Shown piece after piece: positions 30,036 through 39,541 of a stretch of 64,000 bases of DNA. The stretch's first letter is position 1. The number at the start of each line of letters is the position of its first letter. The position numbers were made by a program, and so were the translations under genes. The stretch is from a virus: positions 32,001-96,000 of the IMG/VR virus record IMGVR_UViG_3300025133_000029; one strand, given 5' to 3'. Below the pieces are notes generated by a model that had not been told where the DNA came from, made no database searches, and saw nothing but the letters and a program-made list of their open reading frames with translations.

Positions 30036-31028
30036 ATGAAAAAAATAGTATTGATTTGGGAGAGAAACTCTGAAGAAGACTTGGAGTATAATAGAGAAAT
30101 AATTGAAGGAATACAGTTGTCCGGAGATATTTTAGGGGTGTCTGTGGACGTTTTTGAACTGAATCCTGTATATCGTTTTTATGGTAACGATATACCTGAT
30201 TCCGCATATCCAAATGTCCCAGAATATGATGACATGGTTCTGGGGTTTTGGATTGGGTTTATACCAAAGCGAGAACATTATCAGAGTGTTTATGACTTTC
30301 TAAAGTCCAGAAATGTTGTTCTTGTGAACACCCCAATCGAGCATCTGCGGGGGATAGAGTTTGATTTGGAGAGTTATAATTCTTTGGGATTTAGAACACC
30401 TCTGAGTGTCGAGGTTCGCGATAAAGAAACGGGCCTAGATGCTGCGGAAAGAGATCTAGGTTTTCCTGTATTTGTCAAAGGAAGAGTGCAGTCCCTGAAG
30501 CAGCGGGGTCCGAGTGCTTGTATAGCCTATGACAAAAAAGAGCTAGCGGATATTCTGGATGTGTATATAGAGGCAGGAATGCAAGCAGGTTTGTGCGATT
30601 TGATTCGCGATGGATTGATTTTACGTCGTTATCATCCCTTGGTTTCAGGGAGAAAAACGGACTATGGTTTTCCACAGGGGCGAGAGTTTAGGGTCCTTGT
30701 GTTCAAAGGAATGGTTGTTGGTAGAGGTTATTATTGGCGGAATTTAGATCCACCTCATTCTGAAATATCAGATGATGAGAAGAAACAAATTGATCGGCTG
30801 GCGGAGATGGCTTATCAGGCTTTTGATATTTCTTATATGTCTGTAGACATTGCCCAAAAGGCGGGTAATATGGAGTGGATTCTTGTCGAAGTTGGTGATG
30901 CTCAGTTCTCGGGGATAAACCATATTAATCCTCTGTGGTTGTGGCAGAATATTTTGAGGGCTCTTCTGGGAATATCGTGTGGAACGGTTATTCAAGAAAT
31001 ATCCTCGTTTGCCTCTATGACATTCTAG
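30036..31028 (+). CDS. ATP-grasp protein (R2K/DUF4343-like)
   Basis: FPVFVKG..SLK...REFRV...VDIAQ...WILVEVGDAQFSG. Confidence 0.75.
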   Translation: MKKIVLIWERNSEEDLEYNREIIEGIQLSGDILGVSVDVFELNPVYRFYGNDIPDSAYPNVPEYDDMVLGFWIGFIPKREHYQSVYDFLKSRNVVLVNTPIEHLRGIEFDLESYNSLGFRTPLSVEVRDKETGLDAAERDLGFPVFVKGRVQSLKQRGPSACIAYDKKELADILDVYIEAGMQAGLCDLIRDGLILRRYHPLVSGRKTDYGFPQGREFRVLVFKGMVVGRGYYWRNLDPPHSEISDDEKKQIDRLAEMAYQAFDISYMSVDIAQKAGNMEWILVEVGDAQFSGINHINPLWLWQNILRALLGISCGTVIQEISSFASMTF

Positions 31029-31084
31029 TTTTTAGCAGGGTAGTACTCAGGCGAGGTTTTTTTTTAGAAGGAGTTCTAATTCTC

Positions 31085-31669
31085 TTGAGTAAATTGCCTA
31101 GTCCGCCGTTGCCGAATGTTCCTCCTCCGCAAAAAAAAGTGTCCCCTGGCATTGTCACAGAAGATCCCAGTAATCAAATAAACTTCTTTTCTCCCCCCCC
31201 TTCGGTTTCTTTGTCTCCACCCTCTTCGCCCCCTCCGGCTCCACCCTCTTCTCCTCCTCCACCACTTCGAGTAGTTCCGCAACCACCACTATCCAGTTCA
31301 GAGGTGGTGTTTTCTCCTCCTTCTCTTGAGGGAACGAATCTTGGCTTCATAAGTCCTACACAACCCATGCCAGTTGTTCCTTTACCAGAGTCTGTTTTAC
31401 AGGAGAGACGAAAGAAGGAGATAGAGGCAACTATAGGAAGAAAAAGAGGTCGGGCTAAGTTTGTTTCCCCACATGAGTTCAGGATGGTTTATCGGTATCC
31501 TGAAGGAAGTAGATTTTCTAAAGTTTCTCATTTACATGATAAGGATTGTCGTATACTTATAAAGCGAACAGCAGAAGATCCACAGTGTGAGTCAGGCAGG
31601 TGTTGGGTGGAGTTTAAAGATGGTCTTCATGTTTGTGTTCCACGAAGTCGCATTTTCACAAAAGAGTAA
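31085..31669 (+). CDS. proline-rich protein with a small C-terminal SH3-like barrel
   Basis: AAGGAG followed by an in-frame TTG at 31085; poly-Pro/Ser N-terminus. Confidence 0.55.
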   Translation: MSKLPSPPLPNVPPPQKKVSPGIVTEDPSNQINFFSPPPSVSLSPPSSPPPAPPSSPPPPLRVVPQPPLSSSEVVFSPPSLEGTNLGFISPTQPMPVVPLPESVLQERRKKEIEATIGRKRGRAKFVSPHEFRMVYRYPEGSRFSKVSHLHDKDCRILIKRTAEDPQCESGRCWVEFKDGLHVCVPRSRIFTKE

Positions 31670-31694
31670 AATACAGTGAGTGCAGGGAGTTATT

Positions 31695-33317
31695 ATGTCT
31701 TATATCTGTATTGTTGATGATTTGCCCCCAGAGATCATTTCAATGCTTCAGGCTTTCTATAGCCGTAGCCCAAAGTCTATTCGTATTCGCTTAGAGGAGT
31801 TGGGCTATATCCCCAATAGGGACGAATGGATTATAAGTGTATTATCGGAGTGGATTGGGGATTTATTGGGCAACGAAGGGAGAAACGAAGAAAACGCCAA
31901 AGATTTTGAGAGATTCGAGGGCATTATAGAAGAATTTCGGGGAGCAGATAAGAGGGGCATTCAAGAGAAGTTGGAGATGTTCTATGTGAATTATGGGCAC
32001 AAATCTATTGGCGATTGTGGGTATTTCACAATTTTCATAGAGGATGTATCGATACTGGCAGCGAAGGTTATTCAGGATAATCCTCTATACTCTGGACAGG
32101 AAGCTTCGACTCGGTATATGGACTTCTCTGTTAGTCGAGCGCATTCGAGTAACTTACATTGCAATCCTTATGGATCAAGGGAGTCGGGTCATGATGTTTG
32201 GCAGAGAGCGAATGATCTACTTGACGGTTGGTTCTCTTTATATACGGACACTGTGCTAGAGTTGGAAAAAGGTTTGTACAAGAACCTCGATCGTCCATCG
32301 GAGATCTCGGAAAGTAGGTGGGGACGGGCTATTAAGGCGCGATCTTTTGATATAGCAAGATCGTTATTGCCGATAGGCACGAGGACGAATTTATCTTGGA
32401 CTACAAACTTACGCCAAGCCGCTGATCATTGTGTCAGGATGTGGCAGCATCCATCTTCAGAGATTCAGTTTTTGGCTACACAAATCATGCAAACTATGCG
32501 GATAAAGTATCCTCATAGTTTTCGAAAAGATTGGATAGATCGTGTTCCCATGACAGGAGGACAGGAGCTATCATTTGAACAAAAAATGCAGATGAATTTC
32601 TGGAGAAGTTCTGATACCGATAAAATGATGTGGGGGAGTGAGGATTGTAAGGGATCCCCTGGTTCTCTCTTTCAAGTGGTAACTGGAGAAGGGTCTAGAA
32701 GTAAGTTACTGGGTTTTTCTTCTCTGTATGATATTAGTGGTGCAGAGAAGATGATAGAAACGATGGGATTAAGAAACAGAAATAGGTTTTTTGAAATCCC
32801 AAGAATATTTGATCGCTTTGGAAGCTTGTCGGCTCTTTTTGATTTAGATTTTGGATCCTTTAGAGATATACAGAGACACCGTCCTTGTTATCTCCCCATT
32901 CCTTTAGTTGAGAATGTCACATCGTTGCATTCTTGGTATTTAGAACAGATGGAAGGTTTGCTTTCTGGTGTGGTCTATGGCGAGTTTCGGGCGAGATGTG
33001 GGGAACTCCTGCAGGAAATACCAGAGCAGAAGCGTTTTGATGATGAAGACTTGGTTCGCCAAATGTATTTATCTCCATTGGGAGCATCTTCTGTCTCTCC
33101 ACTCGTTGCTTCTTTGAAAGGGTGGGTGTATATATCGGAGATTCGAACAACGAAGCATGTACATCCTACTTTGCGGGAAGTAGCTATTTTGATGTTTCGA
33201 TTTATTGAAAGATTACATCCAGATTTGGCAAGAGGGATGTTTTGTGATTTGTCGGATGATGAGATGTCTATTCGACGCGGAGATCAAGACATTTTTGAAA
33301 AAGGCACCGTTTTATAG
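31695..33317 (+). CDS. thyX: FAD-dependent thymidylate synthase (two-domain ThyX)
   Basis: YGHKSIGD, QEASTRY, DIARSLLP..T.T, DFGSFRDIQRHR. Confidence 0.85.
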   Translation: MSYICIVDDLPPEIISMLQAFYSRSPKSIRIRLEELGYIPNRDEWIISVLSEWIGDLLGNEGRNEENAKDFERFEGIIEEFRGADKRGIQEKLEMFYVNYGHKSIGDCGYFTIFIEDVSILAAKVIQDNPLYSGQEASTRYMDFSVSRAHSSNLHCNPYGSRESGHDVWQRANDLLDGWFSLYTDTVLELEKGLYKNLDRPSEISESRWGRAIKARSFDIARSLLPIGTRTNLSWTTNLRQAADHCVRMWQHPSSEIQFLATQIMQTMRIKYPHSFRKDWIDRVPMTGGQELSFEQKMQMNFWRSSDTDKMMWGSEDCKGSPGSLFQVVTGEGSRSKLLGFSSLYDISGAEKMIETMGLRNRNRFFEIPRIFDRFGSLSALFDLDFGSFRDIQRHRPCYLPIPLVENVTSLHSWYLEQMEGLLSGVVYGEFRARCGELLQEIPEQKRFDDEDLVRQMYLSPLGASSVSPLVASLKGWVYISEIRTTKHVHPTLREVAILMFRFIERLHPDLARGMFCDLSDDEMSIRRGDQDIFEKGTVL

Positions 33318-33340
33318 TTTTTTATTAGAGGAGTGTTGTT

Positions 33341-33745
33341 ATGAGTAAGATAGGGGCGGTTCCCAATCCACTTTCTGTTCCAGTTCCATCGGTTCCCAAG
33401 AACATGATTAAAAGGAGGAGAGGGGAAGAAGAGACAGTGGTAAGTATAGATGGGAAGTTACTAAGCTCGAGTTTAATAAAAAATTCGACTGAATTGGTAA
33501 AGATTCGGATTGCTCTTGTTATGGATGAATATGGCAATTGGAGTGCTTCGGGGTGGAATCCGAAGGAGGGGGGCGAGGGTCCAGAGGCGATGCTGGACAT
33601 TGCGCATGATGGTGACTTTGTGGATCCGGATGGATATACGAATCGTGTTTTGTTCCCGTTTTGGGTTGAGGTTATGGTTCCTATCCCACAGCCCCGGGTT
33701 TTAGAGGGAGCTTCGATTATTCCGGCAAGGAGACCCACTGAGTAG
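33341..33745 (+). CDS. hypothetical protein
   Basis: GAGGAG RBS. Confidence 0.6.
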   Translation: MSKIGAVPNPLSVPVPSVPKNMIKRRRGEEETVVSIDGKLLSSSLIKNSTELVKIRIALVMDEYGNWSASGWNPKEGGEGPEAMLDIAHDGDFVDPDGYTNRVLFPFWVEVMVPIPQPRVLEGASIIPARRPTE

Positions 33746-33780
33746 TTTTTTTATATTTTTATAAATGAGGATTCAATAGA

Positions 33781-33954
33781 TTGAAGAAGAAAATATCTTG
33801 GATGTGGGACAATATGAAAAATGCTGCAACAGTGACGATACTATCTGGTATTTATGTTAAAAATATAGATGCAGATCAGCTTGGTGTGTTGTGTACGGTT
33901 TGGATTGTTTTTATTATTCTTAGTTTGATTTTCTCTACAAATAAGGACTCTTGA
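33781..33954 (+). CDS. small membrane protein (57 aa), absent from the ORF track
   Basis: TTG start after GAGG; hydrophobic C-terminus LGVLCTVWIVFIILSLIF; stop 5 nt before the NYN gene. Confidence 0.4.
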   Translation: MKKKISWMWDNMKNAATVTILSGIYVKNIDADQLGVLCTVWIVFIILSLIFSTNKDS

Positions 33955-33958
33955 AGAT

Positions 33959-34789
33959 ATGAGAAAAGTGGGTGTCTTTGTTGATGTTAATTTCTTGAAT
34001 AACTCTGGTGGTTTCGGCATGAATTATGATGTACTCCGAAACTTTGCAATACGCGACGGTGGAGTACTTTCTAATTTATTTGCCTATATGAATTATAACC
34101 AGTTCAGGGCGGAAGAAGAAGAGGCGTACCATCGTCGGCAGAGGGATTTTGAAGATCGTCTTCGTGATTTTGGTTTTACTGTTACTTCTCTTCTTTACAA
34201 TGAGGTTTTTTCTCGAACAGATGGGAATTCTTTTTTGCAGTCAACATCTGAAGTGCGAATGGCAATGGATGTTTTGGTAGCATCCGAATATCTAGATACT
34301 GTTGTTATTGTTTCTGGGAGCGATGTTTTCTATAGTCTCTTTTCGATTTTGCGTAATAAGGGATGTAGGGTTGAGGTTATTGGATTCAAAAATGTTTCGG
34401 AAGCAGTACGATGTGGAAGTGACTTTTTTATATCTGGGTATTTGATTCCGAATCTTCTTTCACCACATGATTCAGATGGTATCCGTGAGGATTCTCGTAG
34501 GAAGTGGGGTTTTCCCGGATTCAGGACTCGTGGTATTTGTTATTCTTTTAATCAAGAGAAGAAGTTTGGGTTTATTCGATTCTTACGATCGTTGGACAAA
34601 CTTTGGATTGTCGATGCTCGAAATCCCGAGTCTCCTTGGGGAACGGCATTTATTCATCTCACGGAGTTACCAAACTCAGTGAACTTCGAGGATTTGCCGA
34701 GTCGGGATAAAATTTTTGAGTTTACTTTATGGGAGTCAGACAAGGGATTTCAGTCAAAAGAAGTTGTGCAGGTCCACGAGTTTCGTTAA
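33959..34789 (+). CDS. NYN (LabA/DUF88) PIN-like RNase domain with C-terminal cold-shock-like OB domain
   Basis: VFVD, MAMD, VSGSDVF, GCRVEVIGF..VS..L/V...D.F; C-terminal RGIC..F...K.FGFI...F.H. Confidence 0.75.
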   Translation: MRKVGVFVDVNFLNNSGGFGMNYDVLRNFAIRDGGVLSNLFAYMNYNQFRAEEEEAYHRRQRDFEDRLRDFGFTVTSLLYNEVFSRTDGNSFLQSTSEVRMAMDVLVASEYLDTVVIVSGSDVFYSLFSILRNKGCRVEVIGFKNVSEAVRCGSDFFISGYLIPNLLSPHDSDGIREDSRRKWGFPGFRTRGICYSFNQEKKFGFIRFLRSLDKLWIVDARNPESPWGTAFIHLTELPNSVNFEDLPSRDKIFEFTLWESDKGFQSKEVVQVHEFR

Positions 34790-34810
34790 TTTTCAACATG
34801 TCCAAATACT

Positions 34811-34856
34811 AAAAAAAAGGGAAATCTTTAGAATCTAAAGATTTCCCTTTTTTTTT
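34811..34856. terminator. long hairpin (22-bp arms) flanked by A8/T9, possibly a bidirectional terminator, centred on a palindrome copy
   Basis: AAAAAAAAGGGAAATCTTTAGA-A-TCTAAAGATTTCCCTTTTTTTT. Confidence 0.6.
34823..34843. repeat. dispersed palindrome copy 10
   Basis: AATCTTTAGA-A-TCTAAAGATT. Confidence 0.95.
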
Positions 34857-34930
34857 ATTTAATCGGGTTTTTATATTTTGTTTACGGGGTTACTAATGGC
34901 AAAAACGAATAGGAAAGAGAGAAAGTTGAA

Positions 34931-35887
34931 ATGAAAATCCATGGCCTGATAATTGATCCTCAGATTTCCTTTTCTTGGCCCGGTCTGCAGGAACTCACGG
35001 GGAAGAATCCAGATGATATTCTTCCACCAGAAGTTCGACCCCATATGGGGGATATGTATGATCGTCTTTTGAATAGGGGTGAGTTATATGTGGACGGAGC
35101 CCATGAGGATATGCTGCGATTGGCAGCGATGTTGGATCGTTTGCGCGATAGGTTGGATGATGTTCATGTCACGCTCGATTCGCATCGGTTTGTGGATCAG
35201 GCGCATCCTTCTTGGTGGAGGCGTACTAGTGATGGATCCCCGCCCCCCCACTATACGATATTGGGGATAAATAACGATCGTGTCGTTCGGATGGATCCAC
35301 AGAGCGATGGATCGCTTGTTCCTACGGGAGATGAATTTACTACGCGCATCCCCTCTTTTATGTACAAAGGAGGGCCAACCAAGAAAGGGAGCAAAGGATA
35401 CCTGGAGGCGCTGGCGAGTAACGGTCGCTATCCCCATGTCGTGTGGCCAGTGCATTGTATGATCGGCACAATGGGCCACTTGGTTCACCCTGCGGTTATG
35501 GCAGCGCTACTGCGATGGGAAGAGCAGTTTTGTTCTGTGGACTATGTGACGAAAGGATCCAACCCACAGACGGAGCATTATTCTGGAGTGCAGGCAGAGG
35601 TTGTGGACCCCAGCGACCCCTCGACGCAGATCAATATGGAGTTGATACGGACTCTGGAAGAGGCCGATATTGTCTTTCTGGCGGGAGAAGCTCGATCCCA
35701 TTGCTTGGCAAACACGGCGAGAGATATTGTCGCAAAATTCTCAGATCCGAGCTATGTCAAGAAGCTCTATCTGATCGAAGATTGCACCTCTGATGTTCCG
35801 GGGTTTGAACATCTGGGCGAAAAGTTTGTTCAAGATATGGTGGGGTTGGGAATGAATGTTTCTAACTCATTAGATTTCTTGGCCTAG
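34931..35887 (+). CDS. nicotinamidase/isochorismatase-family cysteine hydrolase
   Basis: IIDPQ (Asp), LDSH, WPVHC, KG..P.TEHYS (Lys), AGEARSHC (Cys). Confidence 0.85.
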   Translation: MKIHGLIIDPQISFSWPGLQELTGKNPDDILPPEVRPHMGDMYDRLLNRGELYVDGAHEDMLRLAAMLDRLRDRLDDVHVTLDSHRFVDQAHPSWWRRTSDGSPPPHYTILGINNDRVVRMDPQSDGSLVPTGDEFTTRIPSFMYKGGPTKKGSKGYLEALASNGRYPHVVWPVHCMIGTMGHLVHPAVMAALLRWEEQFCSVDYVTKGSNPQTEHYSGVQAEVVDPSDPSTQINMELIRTLEEADIVFLAGEARSHCLANTARDIVAKFSDPSYVKKLYLIEDCTSDVPGFEHLGEKFVQDMVGLGMNVSNSLDFLA

Positions 35888-35946
35888 ACATTGTTTGGGT
35901 CGATAAGTCTGAAGTAGTTCTTTTTACAAATATGGAGAGCGATTAA

Positions 35947-36687
35947 ATGCCTCGAATTACAGACGAGACAATGGAAGACCATCAGATGGGTGGTTCGAAC
36001 TATTCTTTTTCGGCGAAGAGGATAGACGACTTGGGAGCCTCAGAGTACACCCTCGCCTTTATCGCGGTGGACGTGACGGGATCGTTGCAAGGACAGGAAG
36101 CAAACCTCGAGAAGATGTTGAAGCTTTGTGTCGCGGCTTGCCGTAGAAACCCAAGAGCAGACAACATGATGCTTCGTGTTGTTTTGTTCTCCAGTCAGTT
36201 TCACGGGTATCTGGAGGAAATTCATGGTTTCCGACCTTTGCCCGAAATCAAGGAAGATGATTATACCGGGGTCATCGATTGCAGGGGGGGGACGCCACTG
36301 TACGAGGCGGCTTATACCAACCTGACCGCTTTGCAGCAATTCGCAAAAGATCTTTCGGACAACGACTTTTTTGTCAACGGCATCGGCTTTGTTTTGACCG
36401 ATGGCGAAGACAATATGTCCAAGGTCACTCGGACTATGGTGAAGGATTCGATCGGCGATCTGGTCAAGAGCGAGGATCTGGAGTCCTTTCGCCCAATCTT
36501 GATCGGCTTCGGGCAATCCACATGGCTGCGAAAATTTCAAAATGAAGCAGGCTTCGATCAGTTCGTCGATGCAGGGAGCGCGAGTGAGTCGACGTTGGCG
36601 AAGGTGGCAGACTTTGTGTCTCAGTCTTTGTCTTCTGCCTCGCAGTCTCTGGGAACTGGCGGTCCATCCGTTGCCCTGACTTTCTAG
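35947..36687 (+). CDS. vWA domain protein (TerY-like)
   Basis: MIDAS-like DVTGS, GGTPLYEA, LTDGEDN; GGAG RBS. Confidence 0.8.
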   Translation: MPRITDETMEDHQMGGSNYSFSAKRIDDLGASEYTLAFIAVDVTGSLQGQEANLEKMLKLCVAACRRNPRADNMMLRVVLFSSQFHGYLEEIHGFRPLPEIKEDDYTGVIDCRGGTPLYEAAYTNLTALQQFAKDLSDNDFFVNGIGFVLTDGEDNMSKVTRTMVKDSIGDLVKSEDLESFRPILIGFGQSTWLRKFQNEAGFDQFVDAGSASESTLAKVADFVSQSLSSASQSLGTGGPSVALTF

Positions 36688-36706
36688 GGGCTTAGTTGAT
36701 ATGAGA

Positions 36707-36727
36707 AATCTTTAGACTCTAAAGATT
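36707..36727. repeat. dispersed palindrome copy 11
   Basis: AATCTTTAGA-C-TCTAAAGATT. Confidence 0.95.
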
Positions 36728-36739
36728 TCTCTGCTTGTT

Positions 36740-36776
36740 CGCGATTGTGGTGATTTCCGCAGTCGCGTTTTTTTTT
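36740..36776 (+). terminator. intrinsic terminator
   Basis: CGCGATTGTGG/CCGCAGTCGCG stem with two G-U pairs, followed by T9. Confidence 0.7.
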
Positions 36777-36898
36777 GGTTTTTTTACATGTCGTATGACA
36801 CAAAAAGACACACAAGTTGGCTAGTCTTTTTGGGAGTCGAGAAGGGTTTTGTTCTTTCTTGACTAGTGGCTCTTTTTCTAGATAGGAGAGAAAATCTG

Positions 36899-39436
36899 AT
36901 GAGTACCACACAGCCCTTTAATCCTGATTGCAAGTTTATTATGTATGACTTTGCGGCTCGTCCCAAAGCTTACTTCGTCGCGGAGGAGTTGGATGTGAAG
37001 CCACCCGACCCTGGGGAGACAACAATGCGGGATGCGGCACATCACGTCATTGTTGTGGATCGATCAGGATCGATGTGGGGGGAGATGAAGTCGTTGAAAA
37101 ACACACTCCTGAAGCTTCTCACTCTTCAGGAGTATCGGGACAAGGCGCTCAAGGTGTCTTTGATTTCTTATTCGGGAGTTCGCGATCTGACTCTCCACTT
37201 TGAGAAGGTGGATGTCGCGGACATTATGGAGATGGACTCTCCATACCAAAAAGAAATCAAAAGCATCCGGGTCACGGGCTTGACTTGTATCAGTCAGGCG
37301 ATGCAAATGGCAGAGGGCTTAGTCGAGGATGGAGAGTTGACGTGTATCACTCTTCACACAGACGGCTACGCCAACGATCACTCCCCACGAGATGAAAGGA
37401 GAAAGTTGCGGGAGATCTGCAACCGACTGAAGGAACGCAACTGCTTCCTCAACACGATTGCATACTCGCGGTATAGCGACTTCCCGCTTATGGCGGAACT
37501 GGCGAACATGGTTTCGGGTTCTTGTGTGAAGGCACAGAGCGCAGCGGATGTGTATGACAGCTTGTATCAAACATCTTCTCTCTTGGCTCAAAGCGCTCCC
37601 CCGACGTTGGTCTTTCCTGATGGAAACGATTTCGAGCAGCAAGTGTATGTGGAGTGGGGGGGGAGAAAGGTCATCGGAAGCAACGGTGAGCTTGTTATCA
37701 GGGGTGTAGACTCCTGCGGTGATGTTAAGCTCTATCGCTATCAAGAGGTGTCTCAAAAAGAGTATGAATACTCGGATGCCTTCGACTGCCTCACGGGCTG
37801 GACGGATGACATCTTCCCGATATTGGCTTTTGTGCGATATTGTATTGCGTCGGGCCAACTGAATCGAGCGAAGTTTCTTTTGTTTTCGACTCTGAATATG
37901 ACGCTCTCTGATCGTCATGCAGCAGCGTTGGACAGTGAAAGGATTGCGGCGTTCGCCACAGACGTTGATGCGGCTCTCTTTGACAACTCGATGCCCGACA
38001 ATCACATCTTCGCGGACGAGATGGCCCCGAGTGACATGGTTTCGATTTTGGAGCTTGCAGAGCTTCTGAGTGAATACTCGGACGCCATCGAAATCAACAA
38101 AGAAGCGCTCTTCGAAGTGTACAACAAGAGAAGCGTGAAGCGTGTTCCGGGGAAGATTGACCCGTTGGGGAAATATATCCCGCCTCGCTTCAAGCTTCGC
38201 CCAAAGAACTCCAGTGATGAGTATTTCTCGATTCGGGGTGTGGAGTGCAACGAGTCGTCGGCCACCATTAATCTTCTCTTCTCGTATGAAGCGGATCTTG
38301 TGGAACAGGATGCGGGAGAGAATATCGTGGGGGTTGTCGAGGAGGTTTCCAGTGTTCGTTTGAACAATTTGCGCGATTATCGAAACTATACGCTGGTGGG
38401 CGACGGTCTACTGGCGGTACCGCATCTGCAGGTGAGGTTTCGATCCAAGAAAGCCTTTGCGGCTCTCGAGAGAGCGGGTCTGGTGGATGGTCCATGGAAT
38501 CCATCGGAAGATTACATTCTGGACTTGGAACATCTTCCACTGGTCGATTTCCAGGATGCAAGCTTCGACAGTCTCTCGGGCGAGTTTGAACGGATGGCCA
38601 AGCTCAAAATGCTCGCCAAGATGCTAGAGGCAGCTTTGAAGGGTCAGTCTGATCTGTACACGCCCGAGCAGATCGCAGCTCTCGACAGTCACCACCTCAA
38701 GCCATCGCTTTTCTATTCGGGTCCTTCGATCTACAAGTATGTCAAAGATGGCCTGACGCGGGAAGCGGCACTGAGCCAGGGGGTTCTTGATACGAGAGTG
38801 AAGCACAAGGTTCTCTTTGGCACAGAGGACACGTTGTCTCTCGATAAGATTCCGAGTGCCAACGCCTTCCTCCGGGCCTATTTCACAGTGACCGATGCGA
38901 AGGGGCAGTTGGTTGACAAGCCCACGGTGCAGGATGCCTTGGCCCCTAATGCGATGGTGGGTTGGAAGGTCTTGAGTTCGCGCAAAAAGGTGACGCGGCT
39001 CGACGATATGTTGAAGCCACTCGCCGCCTCCTTCTTTGGCATTGACACGCCCTACGAAGTGTTGTCGGTTCTTCGAAGCAGCAGCCTGAATCATCTCACA
39101 GATGACTTCGAAGACTTTAGCAATCGAGACGAATCGACAATCCTGGATGACCTTGTTGAGTTTTTGACTCAAATGAAGCGAGACGTCAAAGGGGTTATCG
39201 ATCGAGTCTACCGCGACAAGATTTGCCCCATTGTGTTTTACATCGGAGCCACTGGTTTGCTCCCCGATAACTATGATGTCCCGGCTATGGGGAAAGTGGA
39301 GCTTGGGGAAGTTTGCCCCAATATCAAAACGGGCAAAAAGGAAGAGGACGCCATCTTCTTCAAAGTAGATGATGTTCTTCTCACGGTCTACACGGAAGTA
39401 GCCGAGTTCTCCAGGGAACAAGCCGCCTCGAATTAG
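36899..39436 (+). CDS. large vWA domain protein with unassigned C-terminal region
   Basis: VVDRSGSM, GLT, HTDG MIDAS motifs; AGGAG RBS before MSTTQ. Confidence 0.8.
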   Translation: MSTTQPFNPDCKFIMYDFAARPKAYFVAEELDVKPPDPGETTMRDAAHHVIVVDRSGSMWGEMKSLKNTLLKLLTLQEYRDKALKVSLISYSGVRDLTLHFEKVDVADIMEMDSPYQKEIKSIRVTGLTCISQAMQMAEGLVEDGELTCITLHTDGYANDHSPRDERRKLREICNRLKERNCFLNTIAYSRYSDFPLMAELANMVSGSCVKAQSAADVYDSLYQTSSLLAQSAPPTLVFPDGNDFEQQVYVEWGGRKVIGSNGELVIRGVDSCGDVKLYRYQEVSQKEYEYSDAFDCLTGWTDDIFPILAFVRYCIASGQLNRAKFLLFSTLNMTLSDRHAAALDSERIAAFATDVDAALFDNSMPDNHIFADEMAPSDMVSILELAELLSEYSDAIEINKEALFEVYNKRSVKRVPGKIDPLGKYIPPRFKLRPKNSSDEYFSIRGVECNESSATINLLFSYEADLVEQDAGENIVGVVEEVSSVRLNNLRDYRNYTLVGDGLLAVPHLQVRFRSKKAFAALERAGLVDGPWNPSEDYILDLEHLPLVDFQDASFDSLSGEFERMAKLKMLAKMLEAALKGQSDLYTPEQIAALDSHHLKPSLFYSGPSIYKYVKDGLTREAALSQGVLDTRVKHKVLFGTEDTLSLDKIPSANAFLRAYFTVTDAKGQLVDKPTVQDALAPNAMVGWKVLSSRKKVTRLDDMLKPLAASFFGIDTPYEVLSVLRSSSLNHLTDDFEDFSNRDESTILDDLVEFLTQMKRDVKGVIDRVYRDKICPIVFYIGATGLLPDNYDVPAMGKVELGEVCPNIKTGKKEEDAIFFKVDDVLLTVYTEVAEFSREQAASN

Positions 39437-39467
39437 ATCCGATTTTTCTATTTCGGGTTTTGTTGAG

Positions 39468-39531
39468 CGGGTAAGTCTTTTACTTTAGAGATGTAAAATC
39501 TTTAGAGTCTAAAGATTTGCCCGTTTTTTTT
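39468..39531 (+). terminator. terminator-like hairpin overlapping a palindrome copy
   Basis: CGGGTAAGTCTTT pairs with AAAGATTTGCCCG (two G-U pairs), followed by T8. Confidence 0.5.
39497..39517. repeat. dispersed palindrome copy 12
   Basis: AATCTTTAGA-G-TCTAAAGATT. Confidence 0.95.
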
Positions 39532-39541
39532 GGAGTTGCAA

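Noticed and set aside
36040-39421. Several long antisense ORFs over the vWA genes
   Set aside because: Expected by-product of high GC3 on the sense strand; no recognisable motifs.
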